NCBI GenBank assembly: GCA_043775825.1
Contig: JAYVRX010000088.1
Span: 10,598 to 74,597 of the forward strand
Source of the DNA: Deinococcales bacterium
GTDB lineage: Bacteria; Deinococcota; Deinococci; Deinococcales; JAAFIG01
DNA: 64,000 nt
Direction of reading: 5' to 3'
The notes under the pieces are model-generated. The model was not told where the DNA came from. It searched no databases and saw only the letters and a list, made by a program, of their open reading frames with translations. Every line of letters begins with the position of its first letter. The first letter of the stretch is position 1. A program made the position numbers and the translations under genes. Positions 56,841 to 64,000 of the stretch are shown here, piece after piece.

Positions 56841-57154
56841 CAGTCAATCCATTCGACGGTCAGTTCGCCCTTTTTGGCGGCATCCGCAATTTCGGCATCC
56901 GTTGCACCGCGCAATTTCGGCAATTCCTTAAAGCTGCTGGTGTTCGTGGCGTAACCCATGCGCACAATCACTTTTTCCGTGCCTTCCTCTTTGCCCATCT
57001 TCCAAACCAGATTGCTCGAGAGCGCTTCGATGCTGGCGCTCAACGCACCAATGTCTGGCACGACTGGCGTTCCAAAATCGCTTTGCCCAAATTCCAGAGG
57101 TTCTGGCGACTCGAGTTCTTCTTCGGCTAAAAGTTGATGGTTGATTTCATCCAT
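56840..57154 (-). CDS. Small acidic hypothetical protein
   Basis: 104 aa from the ATG at 57154 (MDEINHQLLAEEELE...). The longer ORF to 57259 would overlap the upstream gene. Confidence 0.4.
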   Translation of the reverse strand: MDEINHQLLAEEELESPEPLEFGQSDFGTPVVPDIGALSASIEALSSNLVWKMGKEEGTEKVIVRMGYATNTSSFKELPKLRGATDAEIADAAKKGELTVEWID

Positions 57155-57204
57155 GTAAAAAGCGTACCCGAGGTTTGGTTTTGCGGCAAGGACGGGGCAG
57201 ACAC

Positions 57205-58326
57205 TTACAAACGGTACAACTCGAGGGCGTTGTCGTGCAAGATGCGGCTTGCCGCCCATTGTGCCTCGGAGCTTGTCAGGTCGTTGTCGGCAACGGTCAA
57301 CTCGAGCGCCTGCCCAATGATTCTACGCCCGTGCTTGGCGGCAAGCCAGAACAGTTCTGGGGTTCTGGAGGCATCGGTTGAAAATAGTATTTTGCTGATT
57401 GGCGCAAGGTGCAGTGCTTCCCTGGCAGAGGTCAGCATGGCGTGGCTGCTCATGTAGGGTATCGTCAAGCCCAAATCCATAAATGCCCCAGGGTAGACGC
57501 TGGACAGGTATCCTGCCTCGCGCACGAAGGGGTAACAGTGCAACATGACAACGCGCAAGCCAGCCAGTTCTGAGGCTTCAAAAATTGGGCGCAAATGTAA
57601 GGGGTTGGCAAGGCGCAAATCCAAATCTGGGTCGCCGTACCCCGTGTGAAATTGAATCGGTAGCCCCATTTCTGCCGCGACCCGCAACCCAGTCCAAAGC
57701 ATTTCATCGAGCAATGCCTTGTCACCCACCCGAGGCGGAACACCTGGTTCAGTCGCGTATTTAAGGCTCGAGTACGCCCGTTCTAAGCTGCTGGAATCGT
57801 GGCGCACGATCTCGAGTCCGGTGCGGTAGGCGATGATGCTTTTCAAACCCACCAGGCTTGGGGCAATATCGCGCAGCATTTGCTCGAACGCGATCATTAG
57901 ACCAACCCAAGTATCAAACTGTGAAACGAGCGCCGCAAGTTCAGTCTCGAGCCGCAGAACGCGTTTGCAGGGCAGCCCAATCATGCTGGCATTTTCGGCT
58001 AAGGGCTGCATCACCTCGAGCCAGATGCCGTCATCAACCAACACCTGTTCAATGCCAGTCTGAGCGAACATCGCCCGTGCCAAATCGCTGTAATCCCACG
58101 AGGCTCGAGCTTCTAACACCGCCGCTCGAGTCGGTTCGCAAGCATAAAATTCTGCCAGTTCCCGAATCGAGCGCCGCGCAAAAATCACGTCAGGCACGAA
58201 TTTCTCGAGCATGATCGGGTCGTAAGCCTCAGAAAAAAAGGCTTCAATGGGTGTCTTGCGCCAGATTTCCTCGCGGAACAGGGCGTGCGCGTGATGGTCC
58301 AGAATTGGGATGTGCTCGAGGTTCAT
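57205..58326 (-). CDS. Amidohydrolase family (metal-dependent TIM-barrel hydrolase)
   Basis: 373 aa with the N-terminal IPILDHHAHALF metal-binding HxH-type motif and a later HTGYGDPD. Confidence 0.7.
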   Translation of the reverse strand: MNLEHIPILDHHAHALFREEIWRKTPIEAFFSEAYDPIMLEKFVPDVIFARRSIRELAEFYACEPTRAAVLEARASWDYSDLARAMFAQTGIEQVLVDDGIWLEVMQPLAENASMIGLPCKRVLRLETELAALVSQFDTWVGLMIAFEQMLRDIAPSLVGLKSIIAYRTGLEIVRHDSSSLERAYSSLKYATEPGVPPRVGDKALLDEMLWTGLRVAAEMGLPIQFHTGYGDPDLDLRLANPLHLRPIFEASELAGLRVVMLHCYPFVREAGYLSSVYPGAFMDLGLTIPYMSSHAMLTSAREALHLAPISKILFSTDASRTPELFWLAAKHGRRIIGQALELTVADNDLTSSEAQWAASRILHDNALELYRL

Positions 58327-58343
58327 GGTTGCCTTCCAAAAAT

Positions 58344-59675
58344 TCAGTACACGTAACGGTGTCTGTCAATTTCTTCGTCTGGATGCTCAGCAAAATACGC
58401 GACTTCGGCTTTGCGCACCGCGATAAAACTTTGCGCCAAACCACCCAATGCCGTCAACAGCACTTCATCTCGCTCGAGGTTCGCAATGGCTTGTGAAAGA
58501 TTGCCTGGAAGTTGCACGATGCCTCGAGTTTCACGTTCTGAATCTGAGATTGCCCCAGGCGCAGTTTGTAAGGGTTCTCCAGGCTCGAGTTTGCGCCTTA
58601 TTCCGTCGAGCATTGCCGCGATCAACCCCCCTAGCGCAATATACGGGTTGGCGCTCGCGTCGCAAGTTTTCAGTTCAAAATTAGTGCTTTTGCCATTTTC
58701 ATCCGCGCTCGGTAACAGGTGCGTGCTGGCTACGCGGACACTCGCCTCGCGGTTGTCCAAGCCGTAACAGGCGAACGCCCCCGCCCACCAGCCAGGTTGT
58801 AAACGCTTATACGAATTCACACTCGGCACACTCAGGGCGCACAAAGCGGGCAGATGCTCGAGCACCCCCGTAATGGCGTGATACGCGAGTTTGGAAAGTT
58901 TAATTTGGTCGCTCGCGTCAAAAAACGCGTTCTTACCGTCTTGCCAGAATGAAACGTGCAAGTGGCAACCGCTGCCCGTACTACTGAGAATTGGTTTTGC
59001 CGCAAATGAAGCTTTGAGCTTGTACTGGGCGGCAATGCCTTTGACAATCGTTTTAAAAATCACTTGTTGATCGGCGGCTTTTACCCCCATACTCGGGGCA
59101 ATGCTGATCTCTTGTTGACCCGTGCCAGCCTCGGGGTAATACATTTCGGGCGTCAAGCCCGCAGCCTCGAGCGCGTCAAGAATCTCGTCAATCACAATCC
59201 TCGAGTTTTCAAAGGCGTCCAACGTCGCGTAATTGCTCGAGTCGAGCGGTGTGTCGTCAAGGTTAAACAAGAAAAACTCGTTCTCAAAGCTCGAGAAGAC
59301 CTCAAAGCCAAGTTTTTGCGCCTCGAGCAATTGAGCTTTGAGAAAGGTGCGCGGACAATGCACCCAAGGCTCGCCAGTCAATGTCACCATGTCCCCCAGA
59401 ACCATCGCACTGCCAGGGGCAAAGGGCAAAGCTGTAAACGTCTCGAGGTCAGCCATAATCCGTGCCTCGCCGACGGCAGAAAGCCCAGTTTCGGGAATCA
59501 CCGCATCGAACATCATCGGCAAGCCTTGTTGCCCAACCGTCAACCCCACGCCCGCCCGCAATGCCCCCTCGAGTCCACCGCGCCAAACCGCTTTGCCTCG
59601 AGAAATCCCTGCGTTGTCCACCCAACAAAAACGCGTTAAACGCGGTGGGTTTTGTAAAATTTGATCTTTAGTCAT
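58344..59675 (-). CDS. Glutamine synthetase family protein (GlnA-like / gamma-glutamyl-amine ligase type)
   Basis: 443 aa with a GS beta-grasp N-domain and catalytic-domain motifs (FENEFFLF, GSGCHLHVSFW, SVNSYKRL). Confidence 0.8.
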   Translation of the reverse strand: MTKDQILQNPPRLTRFCWVDNAGISRGKAVWRGGLEGALRAGVGLTVGQQGLPMMFDAVIPETGLSAVGEARIMADLETFTALPFAPGSAMVLGDMVTLTGEPWVHCPRTFLKAQLLEAQKLGFEVFSSFENEFFLFNLDDTPLDSSNYATLDAFENSRIVIDEILDALEAAGLTPEMYYPEAGTGQQEISIAPSMGVKAADQQVIFKTIVKGIAAQYKLKASFAAKPILSSTGSGCHLHVSFWQDGKNAFFDASDQIKLSKLAYHAITGVLEHLPALCALSVPSVNSYKRLQPGWWAGAFACYGLDNREASVRVASTHLLPSADENGKSTNFELKTCDASANPYIALGGLIAAMLDGIRRKLEPGEPLQTAPGAISDSERETRGIVQLPGNLSQAIANLERDEVLLTALGGLAQSFIAVRKAEVAYFAEHPDEEIDRHRYVY

Positions 59676-59743
59676 ACTAAATTCCTAACTTTTTGAAGAC
59701 TCGAGCGTTTGAGATTGAGGCAATCAATTCATGAATCTATTTT

Positions 59744-60361
59744 TTACTCATAAAGCCTGCCACATTGCAAGAAATCGCTGAATGTCTCCCAAGAGATTTC
59801 GTTGATCTCCACAATAGAATTCTCAAAATCTTCAGGGTTTGCAGTTCCAACAGTGCCATCTTCTTTTATGTATGCAACTTTTCCTGAAACATAAGCTCTC
59901 CCAGTATCATCTTCTAAATCCCAACCACCAAAGCAGCCATCTGTGGCACACTCGAGATAGTCAACGGGCATAAAGTTATACCAACGTGCGCCTCTTGGCG
60001 CATCGACTCCAAACCCGCGCAATTCATTTTGCAGTGTTCCAACCTCATCCATTTCCCGCAAATCAAGAATTTGACGGATCAAGATTTGTTCAAATGCCAT
60101 AAATGTGCAAGCATCATATTTCACCCAATTGGTGGTTTGCCAAGTTTCGTGGAATGTTTCTGGCACATCGACAAAGGCAGATTCGAGCATTTGAAAAAAC
60201 GTTTCGATCAAAACTGCTTTATGGTTTCGTTTTGGTTGAATCAAAGCATAAAGCGTAAGCAAATAGTCTTCCAAAGATCGAGAATTCGATTTCTGTGCGC
60301 GACAAAGTTCAGTCACTGCAATATACAAAGTTCGATTGTTGTGAATTTGTCGCACGTACAC
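59744..60361 (-). CDS. Hypothetical protein
   Basis: 205 aa, with a GTG start, low GC, and only one CTCGAG. No family recognised. Confidence 0.35.
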   Translation of the reverse strand: MYVRQIHNNRTLYIAVTELCRAQKSNSRSLEDYLLTLYALIQPKRNHKAVLIETFFQMLESAFVDVPETFHETWQTTNWVKYDACTFMAFEQILIRQILDLREMDEVGTLQNELRGFGVDAPRGARWYNFMPVDYLECATDGCFGGWDLEDDTGRAYVSGKVAYIKEDGTVGTANPEDFENSIVEINEISWETFSDFLQCGRLYE

Positions 60362-60366
60362 TCCAT

Positions 60367-61113
60367 TTACGATTCGCTGATCGCCACCACTCGAGCAGGA
60401 AAGCCACTTCCGCCACGCGGTTTCGCCCAGGTCGCCATGACCAGCGCCCCGTGCTCAGGCACTTTATCGAGGTTGGTGAGCAACTCAATCTGCCAACGGT
60501 CAAGCCCTAAAATATAACTCTCGAGCGCCCAATTGCTGTCAGGTTGGCTGGTGGCAATGCCGCCGTCAGTGTCGGTAGTTTCATGACCAACTGCCGTAAT
60601 CTGGCGCTGTTCAAACAGACACTCGAGCACCTCTTTGGACCAACCAGGAAAATGCTGCACGCCGCTGGCGTCACGGTTTGCCATTCTTTCGGTATCTGCC
60701 CAGCGTTTGCTCCAGTCGGTGCGCATGGCAACAAAAGACCCCGCTGGAATCTGCCCGTACTTGGCTTCCCAAGCGTTGACATCTTTGAGTTGAATGCAGT
60801 AATCAGGATTCGCTTCAACTTCTGCCACCACATTCAAAATCACCAGCGGCAAGAGCATCTCCTCCACCGCCAACTCTGCCACGTTGCGCCCACCCGCGTG
60901 CATGTGAAGCGGCGGATCAACGTGCGTGCCCCACTGTCCAACAAAACCGTACTGATGAATCTCGAACAGCATTCCATCAGAAAGTTTTAAAAAATTGCTG
61001 ATCTGCTGGTCGGGAAGCGCCGAAAATTTTGGTTGCCCAGGAAAGAATTCATGCGTTAAATCTGTGAATTTCGCCGTTTTCAAGTGCCGATTGTAAACAT
61101 CCCAGAGCTTCAT
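60367..61113 (-). CDS. Cyclase family protein (kynurenine formamidase-like fold)
   Basis: 248 aa with FTDLTHEF and QWGTHVDPPLH, which fit the HxGTHxDxPxH-type metal motif. Confidence 0.7.
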   Translation of the reverse strand: MKLWDVYNRHLKTAKFTDLTHEFFPGQPKFSALPDQQISNFLKLSDGMLFEIHQYGFVGQWGTHVDPPLHMHAGGRNVAELAVEEMLLPLVILNVVAEVEANPDYCIQLKDVNAWEAKYGQIPAGSFVAMRTDWSKRWADTERMANRDASGVQHFPGWSKEVLECLFEQRQITAVGHETTDTDGGIATSQPDSNWALESYILGLDRWQIELLTNLDKVPEHGALVMATWAKPRGGSGFPARVVAISES

Positions 61114-61132
61114 GAAACACTCCTTACCGCAC

Positions 61133-61169
61133 TTGGTTTCTCGAGAATTTGATTTTCTCGAGAAACCAA
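61133..61169 (-). other. 15-bp perfect-stem hairpin containing two CTCGAG copies, between the SBP and cyclase genes
   Basis: TTGGTTTCTCGAGAA-tttgatt-TTCTCGAGAAACCAA. No U-tract follows it on the coding (minus) strand. Confidence 0.5.
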
Positions 61170-61194
61170 AATTCAGTTTGTCAATCTCTAATCG

Positions 61195-62373
61195 TTACGG
61201 TTTAGGCACATACCCAGGAATCATTTCAGCCGCCAAAAACAATGCCTTGTTCTTGACACCGATCACGGTCACACCTTTTTGCGGCACGCGCACGCCTGGG
61301 GCGTAGGTGATCGTTCCCGTCACCGCTTTTAGCCCTTTGGTGGCTGCCAGCGCGTCACGGATTTTTGCGCCCTCGGTGGATTTGGCGCGTTTGATCGCAT
61401 CGGCAATCAGGTACACCGTGTCATAACCCAGCGCCGCAAAGGCATTGTCGGGGTCTTTGGAGAATTCTTTTTTGTACGCCCCAATAAATTTCTTGACGCT
61501 CGAGCTGCCAAGTTTGGCGTCCATCAAAGCGTGCGTGGTGAAGTAAACGTTGTTCGCGGCAGTCCCACCGACTTGAACCAGCAATGGCGTGTCGTAACCG
61601 TCACCGCCAACAATCGGTTGGTTTAGACCCGCTTGCCGCATTTGCTTGACCAGCGTACCAATATCGTCTGGTAGCGCCGAAACGAACAGCATGGCGGGTT
61701 TGGTTTTTAAGGCTTTAAGTTTGGTGATCTGCGCCGCGAAACTCTTATCGCCCGATTTGTAAGTATCCTCGAGCGGGATTTTACCGCCGCCCTTGAGGTA
61801 GGCATCCTTAAAGAATTTGCCGAGCAGTACAGTGTATTCCGAACCTTTGTCAATCAGCAGGTACGAGGTTTTGGCTTTGAGGTTTTTTAAGCCAAATTCT
61901 GCTCCCACCGCCGCTTGCACGTTGTCACCAAATGGCGCGAGGAACATGTAATCACCAATTTGAGTCGGCAACAACGGACTGGTCGCGCCTGCGGTGACAA
62001 ACGGAATGCCTGCCTTTTGAGCAATCGGTCCGAGCGCCAAGGCGCTGTCCGAATCGGTAAAACCACCAATTGCCACGACTTTATCCGAATCAATCATCTG
62101 GCTGGCAATGTTGGTGATCGTCGCAGGGTCGGTTTTGCCGTCGTATTCGACCAGTTCAATTTGTCGCCCGAGCACTCCACCTGCGGCGTTGATTTCTTTG
62201 GCTGCCAATTTTGCGCCGTTGCTGGCGGGAACATCCAGCGAACTCATGCTGCCCGTCAGGTTATAAGCATTACCGATCTTAATCGGATCACCCTGCGCCC
62301 CCGATAACCCTGCCAACAACGCGAGCGTCAGCACCGATACCCCTGTGAATCCCAGAACCGTTTTAGGCTTCAT
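61195..62373 (-). CDS. ABC substrate-binding protein, type 1 PBP (branched-chain amino acid/amide LivJ-like)
   Basis: The ATG at 62373 is preceded by AAGGAGAG. There is a signal peptide, then DPIKIGNAYNLTGSMSSLDVPASNGAKLAAKEINAAGGVLG. Confidence 0.8.
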   Translation of the reverse strand: MKPKTVLGFTGVSVLTLALLAGLSGAQGDPIKIGNAYNLTGSMSSLDVPASNGAKLAAKEINAAGGVLGRQIELVEYDGKTDPATITNIASQMIDSDKVVAIGGFTDSDSALALGPIAQKAGIPFVTAGATSPLLPTQIGDYMFLAPFGDNVQAAVGAEFGLKNLKAKTSYLLIDKGSEYTVLLGKFFKDAYLKGGGKIPLEDTYKSGDKSFAAQITKLKALKTKPAMLFVSALPDDIGTLVKQMRQAGLNQPIVGGDGYDTPLLVQVGGTAANNVYFTTHALMDAKLGSSSVKKFIGAYKKEFSKDPDNAFAALGYDTVYLIADAIKRAKSTEGAKIRDALAATKGLKAVTGTITYAPGVRVPQKGVTVIGVKNKALFLAAEMIPGYVPKP

Positions 62374-62567
62374 ACCCTCTCCTTTCATTTCCCTCGAGCG
62401 ACCCCGAGTTGAAATCCAAAAAATGGCGTGCGCGATATTCAAATGACTGGTTTTTCAATTGAGGCTACCCTAAAAACACGACTCAACTCGAGCTGTCTTG
62501 GATGTTCTATTTTGTGTGCTTGTTCTTCGTGTTCCATCATACCGAACCGAGACAGTGAAATGTCGAG

Positions 62568-62602
62568 ACAAAAACTCGAGCTTCCAAATTTGAAAGCTCG
62601 AG
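62568..62602 (-). terminator. Rho-independent terminator after the SPFH gene, stem built from two CTCGAG copies
   Basis: On the minus strand: CUCGAGCUUUCAAAUUUGGAAGCUCGAG (13 of 14 positions pair) followed by UUUUUGUCUCG. Confidence 0.65.
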
Positions 62603-62624
62603 CCTGAAAGCCAATGGCGAATCG

Positions 62625-63584
62625 TTATTTTGCTTTGGTCAACGAATCCAAGTTCAGCAAGAAATTACCCGTTGAAGGCATCATGATGGTTTGCACGGTT
62701 GGCGCAAGTTTTTCGGCAACGGTCAGTTGAATCAGTTGCGGATTGTTTTTGAGTGCCGCACCACGCAAACTTAAAGCCTGAGCCTCGCCTTTGGCTTTTT
62801 CGACGGTGGCTTTGGCAGCACCTTGCGCGGTCACGAAGACCGTATCCGCCCGAATTCGTTCCGCATCGCGGTTGTTCTTCTCGGTTTGCACGCGTTGTTC
62901 GGCGGTTTGTTTCTCCTCGATGGCTTTAGCCACACTGTCAGGAATTCGCAATTCGCGCAAGAGTACGGCTTTCAACTCGAGGTTCGCATCTTTAAAGACA
63001 CCCTCTAACGCGGCGATGACGTTATTCTCGAGGGCTTTGCGTTTGGTGCTGATCAGGTCTGTGGCGTTGAACTGACCGATGCTGTCACGGACTTTGCTGC
63101 GCACTTGCGGACGAATCACAACGTTGATGTAATCCGTACCAATGGTTTTGTGCAATTCTGGGGCTTTGCTGGGAATAATCTGAAATTGTACCGTCACATC
63201 TGCCGAAATCTCGAGTCCCTCTTTTGAGAGTGCTTTGATGCTCTCATCAATGTCCGCACCGCCCTCTCCGCGCCTCGAGAGGGTCAGTTCTTGCAAACGG
63301 GTGTTGTAATAAAATGGGGTTTCAATCCCTGGCAGCACAATGTGCGCCCCTGGCTCGAGTGCCCCTGGTTTTAAACCCGTCAAACGATTGACCACAATGG
63401 CGACACTACCGACTGGAACGCTGACGAATGCTTGTGCGCCAATGAAAATCAAGATTCCTAGCCCCAAGCCCGCAATGCCAAAACCACGAAAACCAACGAA
63501 TTGCTTGTTGGCATTGGCGGCGATCAGTGCTGCAATACCAGCCAGAATCAGTAAAATTCCGATACCCATATTTTGTGCCTCCAT
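62625..63584 (-). CDS. SPFH/Band 7 (prohibitin/HflK-C-like) membrane protein
   Basis: 319 aa with an N-terminal TM segment, an SPFH core, and a C-terminal coiled coil rich in AEQ/KA. Confidence 0.85.
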   Translation of the reverse strand: MEAQNMGIGILLILAGIAALIAANANKQFVGFRGFGIAGLGLGILIFIGAQAFVSVPVGSVAIVVNRLTGLKPGALEPGAHIVLPGIETPFYYNTRLQELTLSRRGEGGADIDESIKALSKEGLEISADVTVQFQIIPSKAPELHKTIGTDYINVVIRPQVRSKVRDSIGQFNATDLISTKRKALENNVIAALEGVFKDANLELKAVLLRELRIPDSVAKAIEEKQTAEQRVQTEKNNRDAERIRADTVFVTAQGAAKATVEKAKGEAQALSLRGAALKNNPQLIQLTVAEKLAPTVQTIMMPSTGNFLLNLDSLTKAK

Positions 63585-63655
63585 AGGGTTTTGAATAAAC
63601 CCTTATGAATGACAATACGCGATGCTCGAGAAAAGCGTTCCAGAAAAGTTACGAA

Positions 63656-63761
63656 GTGCGAATCTCGAGGTATTCAGAACCGTGCGAATCTCGAGGTGGT
63701 CGAAACCGTGCGAATCTCGGGGTAGAATTGACGGGTGCGAATTGGATTGCTTTCAGACACC
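63656..63761 (+). repeat. Four tandem 26-27-bp direct repeats; the last unit contains the start codon of the downstream gene
   Basis: Units start at 63656, 63682, 63708 and 63735. They read GTGCGAATCTCGAGGTattcagaacc, GTGCGAATCTCGAGGTggtcgaaacc, GTGCGAATCTCGGGGTagaattgacgg and GTGCGAATTGGattg... Confidence 0.8.
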
Positions 63762-64000
63762 CACGGTTTTATGGGCGCAGATATTCTCGAGGCACTGGCG
63801 GGCGTGGACGAAATCTGGCACGCGGGCGATCTTGGTTCGCTCGAGATGATTGATACGCTTCAAGCCGTTGCCCCAGTGGTTGCCGTAATTGGCAATATTG
63901 ACTCTCACGCGACATTCTCGAGCATTCCAGAAGAACAGGTTTTGATTCGTGAAGGTTTTAAAGTCTTGATACGCCACATTGTCGGCACGCCAGGTCGTTA
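63735..64000 (+). CDS. Metallophosphoesterase (YfcE/MJ0936-like), 3' end outside window
   Basis: Frame open to the window end, so it is absent from the ORF track. A GTG start gives M/V-RIGLLSDTHGF...WHAGDLGS...VIGNID, the phosphoesterase motifs I-III. Confidence 0.65.
   Translation, partial: MRIGLLSDTHGFMGADILEALAGVDEIWHAGDLGSLEMIDTLQAVAPVVAVIGNIDSHATFSSIPEEQVLIREGFKVLIRHIVGTPGR

Overview
This 64-kb chromosomal segment probably comes from a Deinococcus-Thermus-type diderm. That placement is an inference from S9/L13 sequence resemblance, an SLH + coiled-coil + beta-barrel SlpA-like protein, and several Uma2 and DinB family genes. I call about 70 protein genes and 3 tRNAs. Gene content, in order: a GC-rich Dpp-type ABC/GH4/NagB/BadF-kinase sugar locus; a tRNA-Lys/Pro/Gly cluster with divergent promoters; an SlpA-like envelope protein; an lptF-lptG-OstA-domain giant OMP-lipoprotein cluster; maf-mreC-mreD-mrdA-minC; vapBC; two DUF4129 membrane proteins + MoxR; three Uma2 nucleases; rpsI-rplM, rplY, pth; an iron/cobalamin-type ABC importer; Rrf2-ubiX-ispD-ispE; and a glutamine-synthetase-like/amidohydrolase/cyclase/SBP cluster. 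I saw no transposase, integrase, CRISPR array or rRNA. The stand-out signal is not a gene. The palindromic hexamer CTCGAG (XhoI/PaeR7I site, TCGA core) occurs about 430 times by my manual count, roughly 1 per 150 bp against about 16 expected for a random hexamer. It appears in genes on both strands, in all three codon phases, and in intergenic DNA. Pairs of it form terminator hairpins, and a few genes (vapC, some hypotheticals, the ribosomal protein genes) are conspicuously motif-poor. It looks like a HIP1-like genome-wide iterated palindrome whose mechanism is unknown from this window. All product calls rest on my own recognition of motifs in the supplied translations; no searches were run.
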